A stretch of 64,000 nucleotides of DNA. It comes from Hypanus sabinus (Eukaryota). Positions 23,860 to 35,234 of the stretch are shown in pieces. Under the pieces are notes generated by a model. The model saw nothing but the letters and a program-made list of their open reading frames with translations, was not told the origin of the DNA and searched no databases. The position numbers and the translations under genes are program-made. Where the stretch lies: NCBI RefSeq assembly GCF_030144855.1, contig NC_082715.1:145266001-145330000 (forward strand). The letters are read 5' to 3'. Within the stretch, counting starts at the first letter, position 1. The number at the start of each line of letters is the position of its first letter.

Positions 23860-24870
23860 ACAGAGTGCACAGGTGAGAGGTGGACTTAGTAGGAGTTTTC
23901 AAAAGCTTACAGTCTGTAAATCATAGAAGTCTCAAAGAGCTCCACGGCATGAGCAGCTGCTTTGAGCGTCCTTTGGGCTCGGACCCCAGGTTAACTCTGA
24001 TCCTCCACAGTGCCAAGAGTCTTACCATTAATGTTATATTCTGCCATCAAATTTGACCTACCAAAATGAGCCTCATCACACTTATCTGGATTGAACTCCA
24101 TCTGCCACTTCTCAGCCCAGTTTTGCATCCTATCCATGTCCCCCTGTAACCTCCGACAGCCCTCCATGCTATCCGCAACACCTCCAACCTTTGTGTCATC
24201 AGTAAACTTTCTAACCCATCCCTCCACTTCCGCATCCAGGTCATTTACAAAAATCACGAAAAATAAGAGTCCCAGAACAGCTCCCTGAGGCACCCCACAG
24301 GTAGCCGACCTCCATGCAGAATATGACCCGTCTATAACCAATCTTTGTCTTCTGTGGCCAAGCCAGTTCTGGATCCACAAAGCAATGTCCCCTTGGATCC
24401 CATGTCTCATTACTTTCTCAATAGGCCTGGTATGGGGTACAGTATCAAATGCCTTGCTGAAATCCTTATACTCTACATCTACTGTTCTTCCTTAATCAGT
24501 GTTTTTAGTCACATCCTCAACAGATTCAATCAGGCTCGTAAGGTAGGACCTTCCCTTAACAACGCCATGCTGACTACTCCTAACGATGCCTCTCCAAATG
24601 TTTATAAATCCTGCCTGTCAGGATCTTCTCCATCAACTTACCAACCACTGAGGTAAGACTCACTAGTATATAATTTCCTGGGCTACATTTACTCCCTTTC
24701 TTGAATAAAGGATCAATATTTGCAAACCCTCATCCTCCGGAAGACCTCCCGTCCCCGTTCAGGATGCAAAGATCATCGCCAGAGTCTCAGCAATCTCCTT
24801 CCTCCCCTCTCGCAGTAGCCTGGGGTACATCTCATCCGGTGCCCTAACATTCCATAACCTCAGAGTAGAC
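23860..24870 (-). mobile_element. CR1-clade LINE, RT region
   Basis: ORF 23991..24410: GVPQGAVLGLLFFVIFVNDLD...KFTDDTKVGG...KWQMEFNPDKC. Confidence 0.9.
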
Positions 24871-25419
24871 AAATACTTGGTTGATTGCGGTAGCTAAACG
24901 GTGTTCTGCTTCTCAATCCACGAAACCAAAGCCTGCAACTGTTTCAAGTATATATTATTTCAAACTACTACTGAAATAGCTCCGGTTACAGTTGTTTTAA
25001 GTATTTCTTATCCAGAACAATTTGTCCATATCTATTTTTGGTTTTGTTTCATATAGAGACTGTTAAAAGAAATGCCAACAATATTATCACATGTTTGTGA
25101 AAAGCGTAACATACCCTACAAATCAACAGAGGAAGTGAGATGAATTGCTACGGTCTGGTTTATGTGATTTAGGAATCGCAAGAGGCACAAAAGAGCTATA
25201 TAATTGTAATTCCGTTTTGCAGACATTTGGAAATGCAATCACCTCCTCCTATTGGTTGTATTAATTGGCTACCATGTGGCAAGACTCGAAGTCGTTGATC
25301 TGTTACCTTGTAACCTCTGTCTATACCAGTAATGCTCAACCTACATTCTTTCATAGGTCTAATTGGACCTCGCTGCACAATAACCAGGCATCGTTTTGAA
25401 AACGCTAAAGAACAAGCAT

Positions 25420-25852
25420 CAGTGGTCACTTTGTTAGGTACGCCTGCACATCGGTTCCTTCATGCAAATATCTAATCAGTCAGTCATAAAGCAGCAAGTT
25501 AATGAACATGCAGACAAGAGCAGCAGCTGTTGTTCAGACCAAACATCCGAATGGGGAAGAAATGTGATCTAAATTATTTTGAACGTGGTGTGAATGTTTG
25601 TTCCAGACGGGGTGCCTTGAGTATCTTAGAAATTGCGAGTCTCGTGCGATTTTCATGCAATAAAGTGCCTCGTGAGTTTATGTTCGTGGTCTGCTGCTGC
25701 TGCTACAGCCTATTCACTTGGAGGTTCGACGTGTTGTGCGTTCAGAAATGCTCTTCTGCACAGAACTGGTGTAAGGCGTGGTTAATTGAGCTACTGTCGG
25801 CTTCCTGTCGGCTTCATCCAGTTTGGCCATTCGACCTTGAGCTCGCTCATTA
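25420..25852. mobile_element. Tc1/mariner DNA transposon relic
   Basis: TIR-like CAGTGGTCACTTTGTTAGGTAC, then MGKKCDLNYFERG...RRGALSILEIASLVRFS, a Tc1 transposase N-terminal HTH. Copies at ~60696-61010 and ~62623-63052. Confidence 0.75.
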
Positions 25853-27042
25853 ATAATTTTATTATTTTAAATTTGCTTTTGTATCATCCTCTTAAACTCG
25901 AATAAAATTACCACTGACTGTATATGAAAGAGCACAGGACATTTCACAGAAAGCAGCTAGCTGAATGTGGAAATACAGGTAATTAAGCATTGACGGACAG
26001 ATATTACAGAGGCTTGCCTGCTGGACTATATGGATTGGGACTAGAATGTTAAAGGCAACGTCGCATTCAGGAAGGACAGAAAGATGAGAAAATACAGAAG
26101 TATTCGTTGACAGTGAATGTTTAACACAAAGAAATGAAGATGAATGGCCAATTTTCAGGGCACGGAGAGGAAGAGGAGGTCTGAGAAACAATAAAACAAA
26201 ATTCTCCTGTGGTATATGAATCCTGGCAAGGTATTAGGGCAACCTGCATCCAACGAAAAAAAGGCTGTTTAACATAATTGCACGTTCATGATTATTTGGA
26301 ATTATACTTCAAACTAAACAAATGGGCCAAGGTCTGTGAGGTGCTCGTTAAATATTTTGAGCTATTTCCGAATAACATGTTCTCGCACCACCCAAAGGAC
26401 ACTAAGAAGCGATTAGAGGCGGAGATTCCTTTGGAATCAGCTGCATTTTTATTTATCAGAGTATCGGGCAGGAGAGCCGAGGGGCCTACTTCGTATCCTA
26501 AATGTGACGTGTCAGGAGGATATTACTGAACAAGAAGTTTTTATTTTCATGAAGATCCATTTGATTCCTGGCCCCAGTCTCCCTCAATGCCATGTGATTC
26601 TTTCTCTGCATCAAGAGAAATGGCAATTCAAAACCGCAAATGATCTCCATATTCAAGTGACTACAGTGTAACACATAGTGAATGTCACATTATATTGGTT
26701 CGTCATTTACGTCAGTAGGTGGAAATGATGCATCACTTGATACCCATATTTGCTTCAGAGAATGGAAGAACCGGGCCCTGAACACATAATATAGCAGCGA
26801 CTGTGCTCTGCATCAATTACCCAAAATGGATTCATTCGAGTCATTACTCCAGAATGAATGTTATCTTTTTCAAACTGATATCATGCAAACATCGGGAAAT
26901 ATTACCGAGAGAACTCGGGCGATAATTGCTGCAACTGACATTTGGCGCTCGAGTTTGTAGGATAATTTCCGTGTAATGGCGAACATTCGACAGGATACGC
27001 TAATGCAATCCTGCACAACTCTCTGTGTTTTAAACAAAATTT

Positions 27043-28655
27043 ACATAGAAACATAGAAACTTAGAAAACCTACAGCACAATACAGGCCCTTCGGCCCACA
27101 AAGTTGTGCCGCACACGTCCCTACATTACAAATTGCTATGCTTACCTATAGCCCTCTATTTTGCTAAGCTCCATGTACCTATCTAGAACATTCTTAAAAG
27201 ACCCCATCGTATCCGCCTCCACCACCATTGCCGGCAGCCCATTCCACGTACTCACCACTCTCTGAGTAAAAAACGTACCCCTGACATCTCGTCTGTGCCT
27301 ACTCCCCAGCAACCTTAAACATGTGTCCTCTTCTGGCAACCATTTCAGCCCTGGGAAAAAGACTCTGACTATCCACATGGTCAATGCCTCTCATCATCTT
27401 GTGCACCTCTACCAGATCACCTCTCATCGTCCTTCGCTCCAAGGAGAAAAGGCCGACTTCACTCAACCTATTCTAATAAGGTTGCTCCCCAATCCAGGCA
27501 ACACCCTAGTAAATCTACTCTGCACCCTTTCAATGGCTTCCACATCCTTTCTGTAGTGAGGCGACCAGAACTGAGCACAGTACTCCAAATCGGGTCTGAC
27601 CAGGGTCCAATGTATCTGCAACATACCCCTCGGCTCATAAATGCAATTCCACGATTGATGAAGGCCAATATACCATCCGCCTTCCTAACCACAGAGTCAA
27701 CCTGCACAGCTACTTTGAGTATCCTATGGACTCGGACCCCAAAATCCCTCTGATGCTCCACACTGCCAAGAGTTATAACATTAATACGATATGCTGCCAT
27801 CCTATTTGACCTACCAAAATAACCACCTCACACTTATCTGGGTTGAACACCATCTGCCACTTCTCAGCTCCGTTTTGCATCTGATCAATGTCTCTCGGTA
27901 ATCTCTGACAATCCTCCACACTATCCACAGCACCTCCAACATTTGTGTCATCTGCAAACTTACTAACCCATCCCTCCACTACTTCATTCAAATTATTTAC
28001 AAAAATCACGAAGAGTAAGGGTCCCAGAACAGATCCTTGAGGCACTCCACTGGTGACCATCCTCCATGCAGAATATGACCCGTTTACAACCGTACTTTAC
28101 CTTCTGTGGGCAAGCCAGTTCTAGATCCACAAAGTAGTGTCCCCATGGATCCCATGCTTCCTTACTTTCTCTATAAGCCTTGCAAAGGGTACCTTATCCA
28201 ATGTCTTGCTGAAATCCATATACACTACATCTACTGTTCTTCCTTCATCAATGCGTTTAGTCACATCCTCAAAAAGAATTCAATCAGACTCGTAAGGCAG
28301 CACCTGGCCTTTAGAAAGGCGTGCCGACGACTCCTAATCATATTATACATCAAAAATCCTGCCTCTGGGGCTTTTCTCCATCATCTTACCAAGCACTGAT
28401 GTAAGACTCGCTGGTCTATAATTTCCTGGTCTGTCACTTCTCCTTTTCTTCAATAACGTAACAACATCCGCAAACCGCCTGTCCTCCTGAACTTCCCCCT
28501 TCCCGATTGATGATGCAAAATTCATCACCAGAGGCTAAGCAATTTCCTCCCTCGCCTCCTACAGTAGCCTGTGGTACATTTTGTCCGGTCCCGGCAACTT
28601 CTACAAGTTGATGCTTTCCAAAAGCATCCTCTTTCTTAAAATCTATATGCTCAAG
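27043..28655 (-). mobile_element. 5'-truncated CR1-clade LINE with (ATAGAAAC)n 3' tail
   Basis: Octamer-repeat tail at 27043-27066. RT motifs TSGVPQGSVLGPLLFVIFVN...SKFADDT and FFTQRVVSTWNGLP. Confidence 0.9.
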
Positions 28656-29329
28656 TGGAGAAACTTCCGCTGAAAATCGGAAACCTTTTAAATCGAATTT
28701 CCAAGTATCGTATTCCACTATGGCACTCCCTTCGTTCCCGCCACCCTCTGTGAAACGCTAAACAGTTGCATTGTCTGTCCACCATCACAGGCATTTCAGC
28801 TCATCTGTGCAGCCAACACATTAAATGCATTGTGGCAGTTAATCAACAAGGCGTCCTACGTTGACGTTATAAGCGTATAACATGTAACACAGGAAAGCTT
28901 TTACCCGAACAGTTTAACACGATATTCTGTGGATTTTACTGATGATACTTTCCTTCTCAGCTTTCCTTATAACATTTCTGTATTCTCTCAATAATCAATT
29001 CGTTGTAAGCTAGTCTTTCTGTTCGCCTGTTGTCCATTAATCGCTTCGTATTTCTTGTAAGATGCAGCAATTCTCCCCGGAGCTATTTCCGCCCATGGCA
29101 AACTCAAGCCCACAGTACTTCAGTCGCTTCTTCCCATTTTGATACACTGTTGGTTTATGCGTCCGCTATGCATTTGTATGTGGGGGGTGTAGTTTAGGGC
29201 TGTGTGGAATTGAGCAAATGTCAGTGACAGTGAACCTGTGAATCGGTCATAAGTTGGTAAATTTTCAAATTGCTTAAATGTTGTCACATGTACCGAGGTG
29301 CAGACTGTATTGCAGGTCATTCATGCAGA

Positions 29330-29960
29330 TCAGTTCATCAGTGCATTGAGATAGCACAAGCGAGCAGAATAAAGTGTTACAGTTACAGGGAAGTGCAGTA
29401 CAGGTAGGCAGTAAGGTGTAAGGGCATATCGACGTAGATTGTCAGGCCAAGAGTCTGTCTGATCACAGTAGGGAAACATTCAGTGATCACATAACACCGA
29501 GACAGACGCTGTCCTTGAGCCTGGTGGTATGTGCCTTTAAGGGTTTTGGATCTTCTGCCTGATCGGATGGGGGAGGAGAGAGAATGTCCGTGATGGTTGA
29601 CGTCTTTGCCTATATTGGCTGATTTGCCGAGGCAGTAAAAGTGTACACAGAATCCATGGAGAGGAGTTGCCTTCCGTGATGTGCTGAGCTCTATGCGCAA
29701 CTCTCTTTAGTTTATTTTAATTACCAGCAGAGCAGACACCATGCCCAGCCGTGATGCATCCAGACGGAATTCATCGATAAAAATTGCTGAAGTCAAAGTT
29801 AGAGCGCTTGTGAGCGCTCTTTGCCGTGACATCTACGTGGTTGGGCCAGGATAGGTTGTTGGTGACGTCCCCTCCACTGAACTTGAATTTCTCAACCCTC
29901 CCGAACCCAGCATCGTTTACATAGTTGCCCCGCCATTTCCTGAAATCAAGACCCAATTCA
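29330..29960 (-). mobile_element. Rex1/Babar-like relic upstream of cluster 2
   Basis: Homologous to 11590-12290. Confidence 0.75.
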
Positions 29961-30097
29961 TTCGTGAGTAGAGATCTGCATCAATATATATTTCAGTGGC
30001 TTTGCAGTCTTCCACAGTTCTTAAGGAGCAGCTTCGAAAGCCCTGAACAGGACTTGTGTCCGATAGCCTTTGACTTCTGATTCTTATCAGCTTCACC

Positions 30098-30146
30098 ATG
30101 GCTGAATGGGTCCTGGTTCTTTCCGCGTTTGCGTCCTGTTTGCTCA
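30098..30146 (+). pseudogene. IGLV: Cluster 2 leader exon, splice donor lost
   Basis: MAEWVLVLSAFASCLL, followed by TTAGGT instead of GTAAG(C/T). Confidence 0.92.
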
Positions 30147-30233
30147 TTAGGTACAATACTTCAACCTTTATACTGTCCTTTATGTTGTGTTGGTACTTAA
30201 GGGTTTAAAATAATTATTTGTTACTTTCCCCAG

Positions 30234-30582
30234 CTGCAAACGCGGAGATGACTTTGACTCAGTCTCCGTCCGTATCATCGACTCCGGGTAGAACTGTGAA
30301 AATCAGTTGTACCATGTCAGGGGGGTAGCATCGACAGCTACTACACGAGCTGGTTCATGCAGAAACCCGGCGGCGCCCCAGTTTTTGTGTGGTATGGAAG
30401 CTCCACAACAGGATCGGGAATTCCAGATCGATTCACCTGTTCCGTAGAGTCATCGAGCAACCAAATACATTTATCCATCACCAACGTGCAATAGGAGGAC
30501 GCCGTCGATTATTATTGTGGTGCTGGGGATGTTAGCACGGACATATTCACCTTTGGGAGAGGAACCAAACTGAATTTCAACT
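30234..30582 (+). pseudogene. IGLV-IGLJ: Cluster 2 germline-joined VJ pseudo-exon
   Basis: Extra G in the run at 30320-30325 gives TAG at 30326-30328. A second TAG lies at 30492-30494 in the restored frame. The J donor is GA at 30583. [24 protein letters not shown] is still readable. Confidence 0.95.
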
Positions 30583-31399
30583 GAAAGTAAATATTTGTTG
30601 GGGTCTAATCACCGTTTGATTTTGTTTGTTTTTTTATTCGTTTGAACCTTGGAATAATATTATCAATCCTGATGCTTCGACCCGGCTTACAGGACGCTTC
30701 TCATTGTAACTTTATAATATGGCAGGCAGAAATCTAGCGCGTATGCATCCTGTTTGTTTGGTAGGGTTACTGAATTTAGCTGAAAACTATCTTCAAAACA
30801 ACTTCAGTTCATTGCCATAACATTTTTAAAATAGCTTCGTGAATTGATGCTTCGTGCCGTTAGCAAGTGTTTCTTAAAAGGTTCCCAGGGAACAGATGCA
30901 TTAAAATATATTCCCAACAGTTTGGACTTACACTAGACAACCGATGTGAGGTCGTGTTTAGTTAAAGGATCTGAATGCCAAACGTCTGGAATATATTTTG
31001 TTATTTTAAAAAAATATAAATTGCTGCTAATTTTACTTTACTTTGTGCGTATTATGTTGTGCACCTTGGTCTCCTAAAACGTTGTTACGTTTGACCGTAT
31101 CCATGTATTCAGTTGACTGACAATAAACTTTGTCCTGAACCGGAAGCTTAATATGGACAAGAGCCGAGCTCTGCATGTTACCGAATTGCAATAGGGAACT
31201 TCTATTTCCTTCAGGCGGTAAAACAGGAACAGAATTAGGGAATACGACCCCACGAGTCTGCTCCATCGTTTGATCGTCGCTGGTATATTTTCTCCCAAGC
31301 TCATTCTCCTGACTTCTCCCCATAACCTTTGATGCCGTTTGCAAATCAAGAGACTATAAAACTCCGTTTTAAGTAAACCCAAAGACTTGGTATCCACAG

Positions 31400-32960
31400 C
31401 CTCCTTTCGGACTAAGTTCTACAGATTCACCACTTTACGGATAAATCAAATCCTCCCTATCTCTGTTCTAAAGGGCTGTCCGTATATTCAAAGGATTTTC
31501 TTTCGGGTCTGGCCTCTCGGAATATAGGGAGCATCCTCCCACTTGCACTCAGTCTAGCTCTTTCAGTATTCGATAGGGATCTAAGTGGGAGTTAATTTTT
31601 CACTATTCTAATATTCTCTTCAGTTTATGTAATTCTCCTTAAAAATTAATAAATAAATAAATAGAAGTATTCGGTAGGTTAATGAGACTTCATCCTCTAC
31701 CTCTACCCCCCCCCCCCCGCCCCAATCATTCTTCTGAAATCCAGCGTGCACAAGCCCAGGGCCATCAAATGCTCCGTATACTTTAACTCTTTCATTGTCG
31801 GCATCTTTCCTGTAAGCCTGCTTTTGTCAGCACATCCTTTCTTTGATATGTGGTCCAGAACTGCTCACTATACTCTAAATCTGCTCTGGCTATTGCCTTT
31901 TAAAACCTTAGCATTACATCCTTGTTTTTATATTCTACTCATCTCGAAATGAATACTAACTTTGCTTTTGCCTGCAAGTTAACATTTTGGGAATCCTGCA
32001 GGATGACTTCCGAGTCTCCTTGCACCTCCGATTTCTGAATTCGGTCTCCGTTTAGGAGAAGACTGTACCTTTATTCCTTCTACCATAGTCCACGGCAAGG
32101 CAATTTCCTACACTGTACTCCATCTGTCACTTCTTTGCCGATTCACCTGATCCGTCAGGATCATTCTGCGGACTCCTACTGCCTCAACACTGTCTACTCC
32201 TCCACCTGTCTTTGCATCATCCGCAAACGTGGCCACAAATCCATAAATCCCGTCGTTCAGATCATTAACTTCCAGCCTGAAACGTAGCAGACTCAACACC
32301 GATCCTTGCAGAACACCACTAGTCACCGGTAGCCAACCAGAACAGATTATCCTCATGCTTTTCTCCTGCCGGTCAGCAAATGCTCCGTCTATGCCTGTGA
32401 TAGCTTATGCTCTTATCGTGTTAAGCAGCCTGATGTGTCACACTTTGTCAATGGTCTTCTGAAAATCCAAGTCAATAACATCCACTGATTCGTATTTGTA
32501 TATCCTGCTTGGTATTTTCTCAAGGAATCTCAGCAGATTTAATAACTAAATTTCCCCTTAAGGGAACCATGCTGATCACGGCTTATTTTATTGGATGCCA
32601 CCAAGTACCTAGAAATTTCCTCCTTACTAATGGATTCTAGCAATCTCAATGTGTTTAAATTTCGATTAAACATCGATATTTTTACTAAGAAACTGATTGA
32701 CGTCAGAATAACTGTCCCATAATTTCCTGCATTTTGCGTCCCTCTCTTCTGAGAGTGTGGAGTAATATTTGTGATTTTCTTGTCCAGCGGACCCATTGGC
32801 CCATTCTTGAAAGATCGTTACTAATGCCTCTCTAAACTATCCAGTACCGCCTTCAGAATTCTGGAGTGTAGTCCATCTAGTTTGTCGACTTATCTAACTT
32901 CAGATCTTTCAGCCTCCCAAGCTCCTTCTCCCTCGTCATAGCAACTACTATCACTTAGGT
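31400..32960 (-). mobile_element. CR1-clade relic in the J-C intron of cluster 2
   Basis: ORF 32108..32356 WLPVTSGVLQGSVLS...FADDAK. Confidence 0.8.
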
Positions 32961-34334
32961 TTAATTTCCCTTAATGCCTAATTTCGAGTTTTGTTTTCTC
33001 AACTTGATCTTTTCACGTGACTTGCGCCCCTCTTGTTCTATACCTATTAACCGGAAGTCATCAAGATTGTGGTGCTCCGTTCAAACTTCTACCCAATTTG
33101 TCTTCAGCAAGATGCCACCCCAAAGCCCACCTAGGCCTCTCCAGTGTGTTTGAACTTCTGCGCCGTCTCCGTGTAAATGTCTCAGCTTTGATAACAAATT
33201 ATCACTCAGCCCACCTGTTTTGTTTACATTTCAATCTCTCCAAACCCGCAGGACACTGGGTATCTAATTTTTGGATACCTGCTCATTACTGTAGTAAGTG
33301 ATTTTTCCTTGAATAACAACTCTGAGGTCTGAAACACTGGAAAATCGCTCCTTAGCATTTCTGACTTTTCGCCGCGTTTTCCTCCGAGATACTACCGTAA
33401 AACGATTTCTTTGTAAATTTTGTTCTGTAGTCTTGATATCTTATTGTGTGAATGGGTTCAACTTTTCAAATCATTGAAAAAAAATCATTATGAATACATT
33501 GACTCAGATGTCCACATCTTCTGGATTTCATAGACCTCTGAGAGTTGTTAACGGATTTTCCTTCAGTGTGTATCACCCCGGTCCAAACAACCCTTTCGGA
33601 ATTAATTGTGAGACTAAAAACTAAAAAATCCAGGTAGAAAACTTTAACTGGTATTATTTATTCCCATTACAATATTTCCATGATTTTTAGCCAATCACAT
33701 TCCCTCCTTTACTGCGGCGAATCGCGCAATCTCCGAGGAGAGACAAAGGCACAGCATGTCAATCAAATCCACCGCCATATCTCTTGATTTTTACGTGAAT
33801 AGCTGCGACGACATTTCGGAGTTTTGCCACGCGCTTTGCCATATCCCTTTCGGGGTTTCTTATTGGTTCTATGATTAAAGTCTTTGCGATTTAACACCAT
33901 GGACCATGGCAATAATCTGTCACGATGTTAACTATATATAGTTACATCAGATTGGATCGGTGTACCATGGGATATATAAAGTATATCTTACGTATATTAG
34001 AGAGTATTTCACGAATAGAGGTTTCTGTCAGCGAAGCTTCTCCAGTCGGATTTTCTTTTGCCATTCCATCGAAATTTGTTATTTTATTGCTTTGAATTTT
34101 GCTATTATGAAAAACCCTCTTTTTCCTTTACTTTGTAGCTATTTCTAGTGTTCATGATATATATTGCCTTTGATGCATTTGTGGAAGATCAAAACACATT
34201 AATGAGATTCAGTTGTGCCCGGGTTCTCATGCGTTCTGACCTTTATGGTTCTAAAATAATTGAAAAAAGACAAAGTTTGATTCTAATTTATATCAATTAA
34301 TAACTCATCTCCCTGCACTTCTTTCTATTTACAG

Positions 34335-34657
34335 GTCCGCGAAAACCCGCCGTATCCGTCCTCCGACCATCTGCGGATGAAATTCGGGGAGAGGGCACCG
34401 CCACACTGGTGTGTTTAGTGAGCGGGTTTAATCCGGCCGCTGTGAATATCGAGTGGACTGTGGACGGCAGTACGAGAAGGAATGGCGTTGAGACCAGCCG
34501 GATCCAGCAGGACGCCGAAAACACGTTCAGTGCGAGCAGTTACATGACTCTGCCAGCCTCAGACTGGATCTCACACGAGCGTTACTCCTGCGTGGATAAA
34601 CATGAGACTCAGGCAACCCCATATCAAACAAAAATCGCGTGATCCAGCTGTATGTAA
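34335..34657 (+). pseudogene. IGLC: Cluster 2 constant exon with premature stop
   Basis: Intact acceptor. CGA>TGA at 34640-34642 removes RSSCM, including the interchain Cys. Original TAA at 34655-34657, AATAAA at 34687-34692. Confidence 0.94.
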
Positions 34658-35234
34658 TACAACATGTTTAGAGGCTGTTTCTTTAAAATAAAACAAACGA
34701 ATTTCAGCTACAGATGTTAAATTTGCGATTGTCGCTGACACATTTTTCAACCGGGAGAAAACAGGCATTGCGTCCTGGTGGACGTTCTTAAACAGCATTC
34801 GTTCTGAAATTCATATCGTCCATGTAATTTTATCCCGAAGTAATTAAAATCTATGCGATCTCCTGTGGCGTTTTTGCCTTGATCAATATTACCGACAAGA
34901 GCATCATTTTTCAGACGTTTGCGTAGATAGTGAACGTGATCAAACTTTGGCCATCCATGAAATAAAATAGACAAAATAGACATTGTGCTAGTACTTGGGT
35001 ATATTTTCTTCCTGAAGAAATCATATTCACTATGGCTACATCAGAACAAGTGGTGTAATTACTTGTCAGCGAAATTTACATACATAGTAAAAGAAATCCT
35101 GATACCGCCTTTATTTGAACATCGTGCGTATATTCAATTTCCAGTTTTAGCATTGTATTCTTCATGGAAATGGTTTTACTAGAGCTGGTCATATTCAGGG
35201 AGACACGGGCTTCTGTATCCTGTGTCAGCAGCGG

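Larger units (their letters stand above)
1..26798. repeat. Copy A of a ~37.2-kb segmental (higher-order tandem) duplication; homologous to 37175-64000
   Basis: Position 1 (cctccctcattggctccatagtttcc) recurs at 37175, and the window end (aaccgggccctgaacacataatatagcagc) recurs ending at 26798. The ORF track repeats at an offset of about 37174 (253..549 vs 37427..37723; 768..995 vs 37942..38169). Confidence 0.97.

Noticed and set aside
25462-25469. Perfect octamer ATGCAAAT (also 3180-3187)
   Set aside because: It lies inside a Tc1 relic or degraded flank far from any promoter, and the paralogue at ~62665 reads ATGCAGAT.
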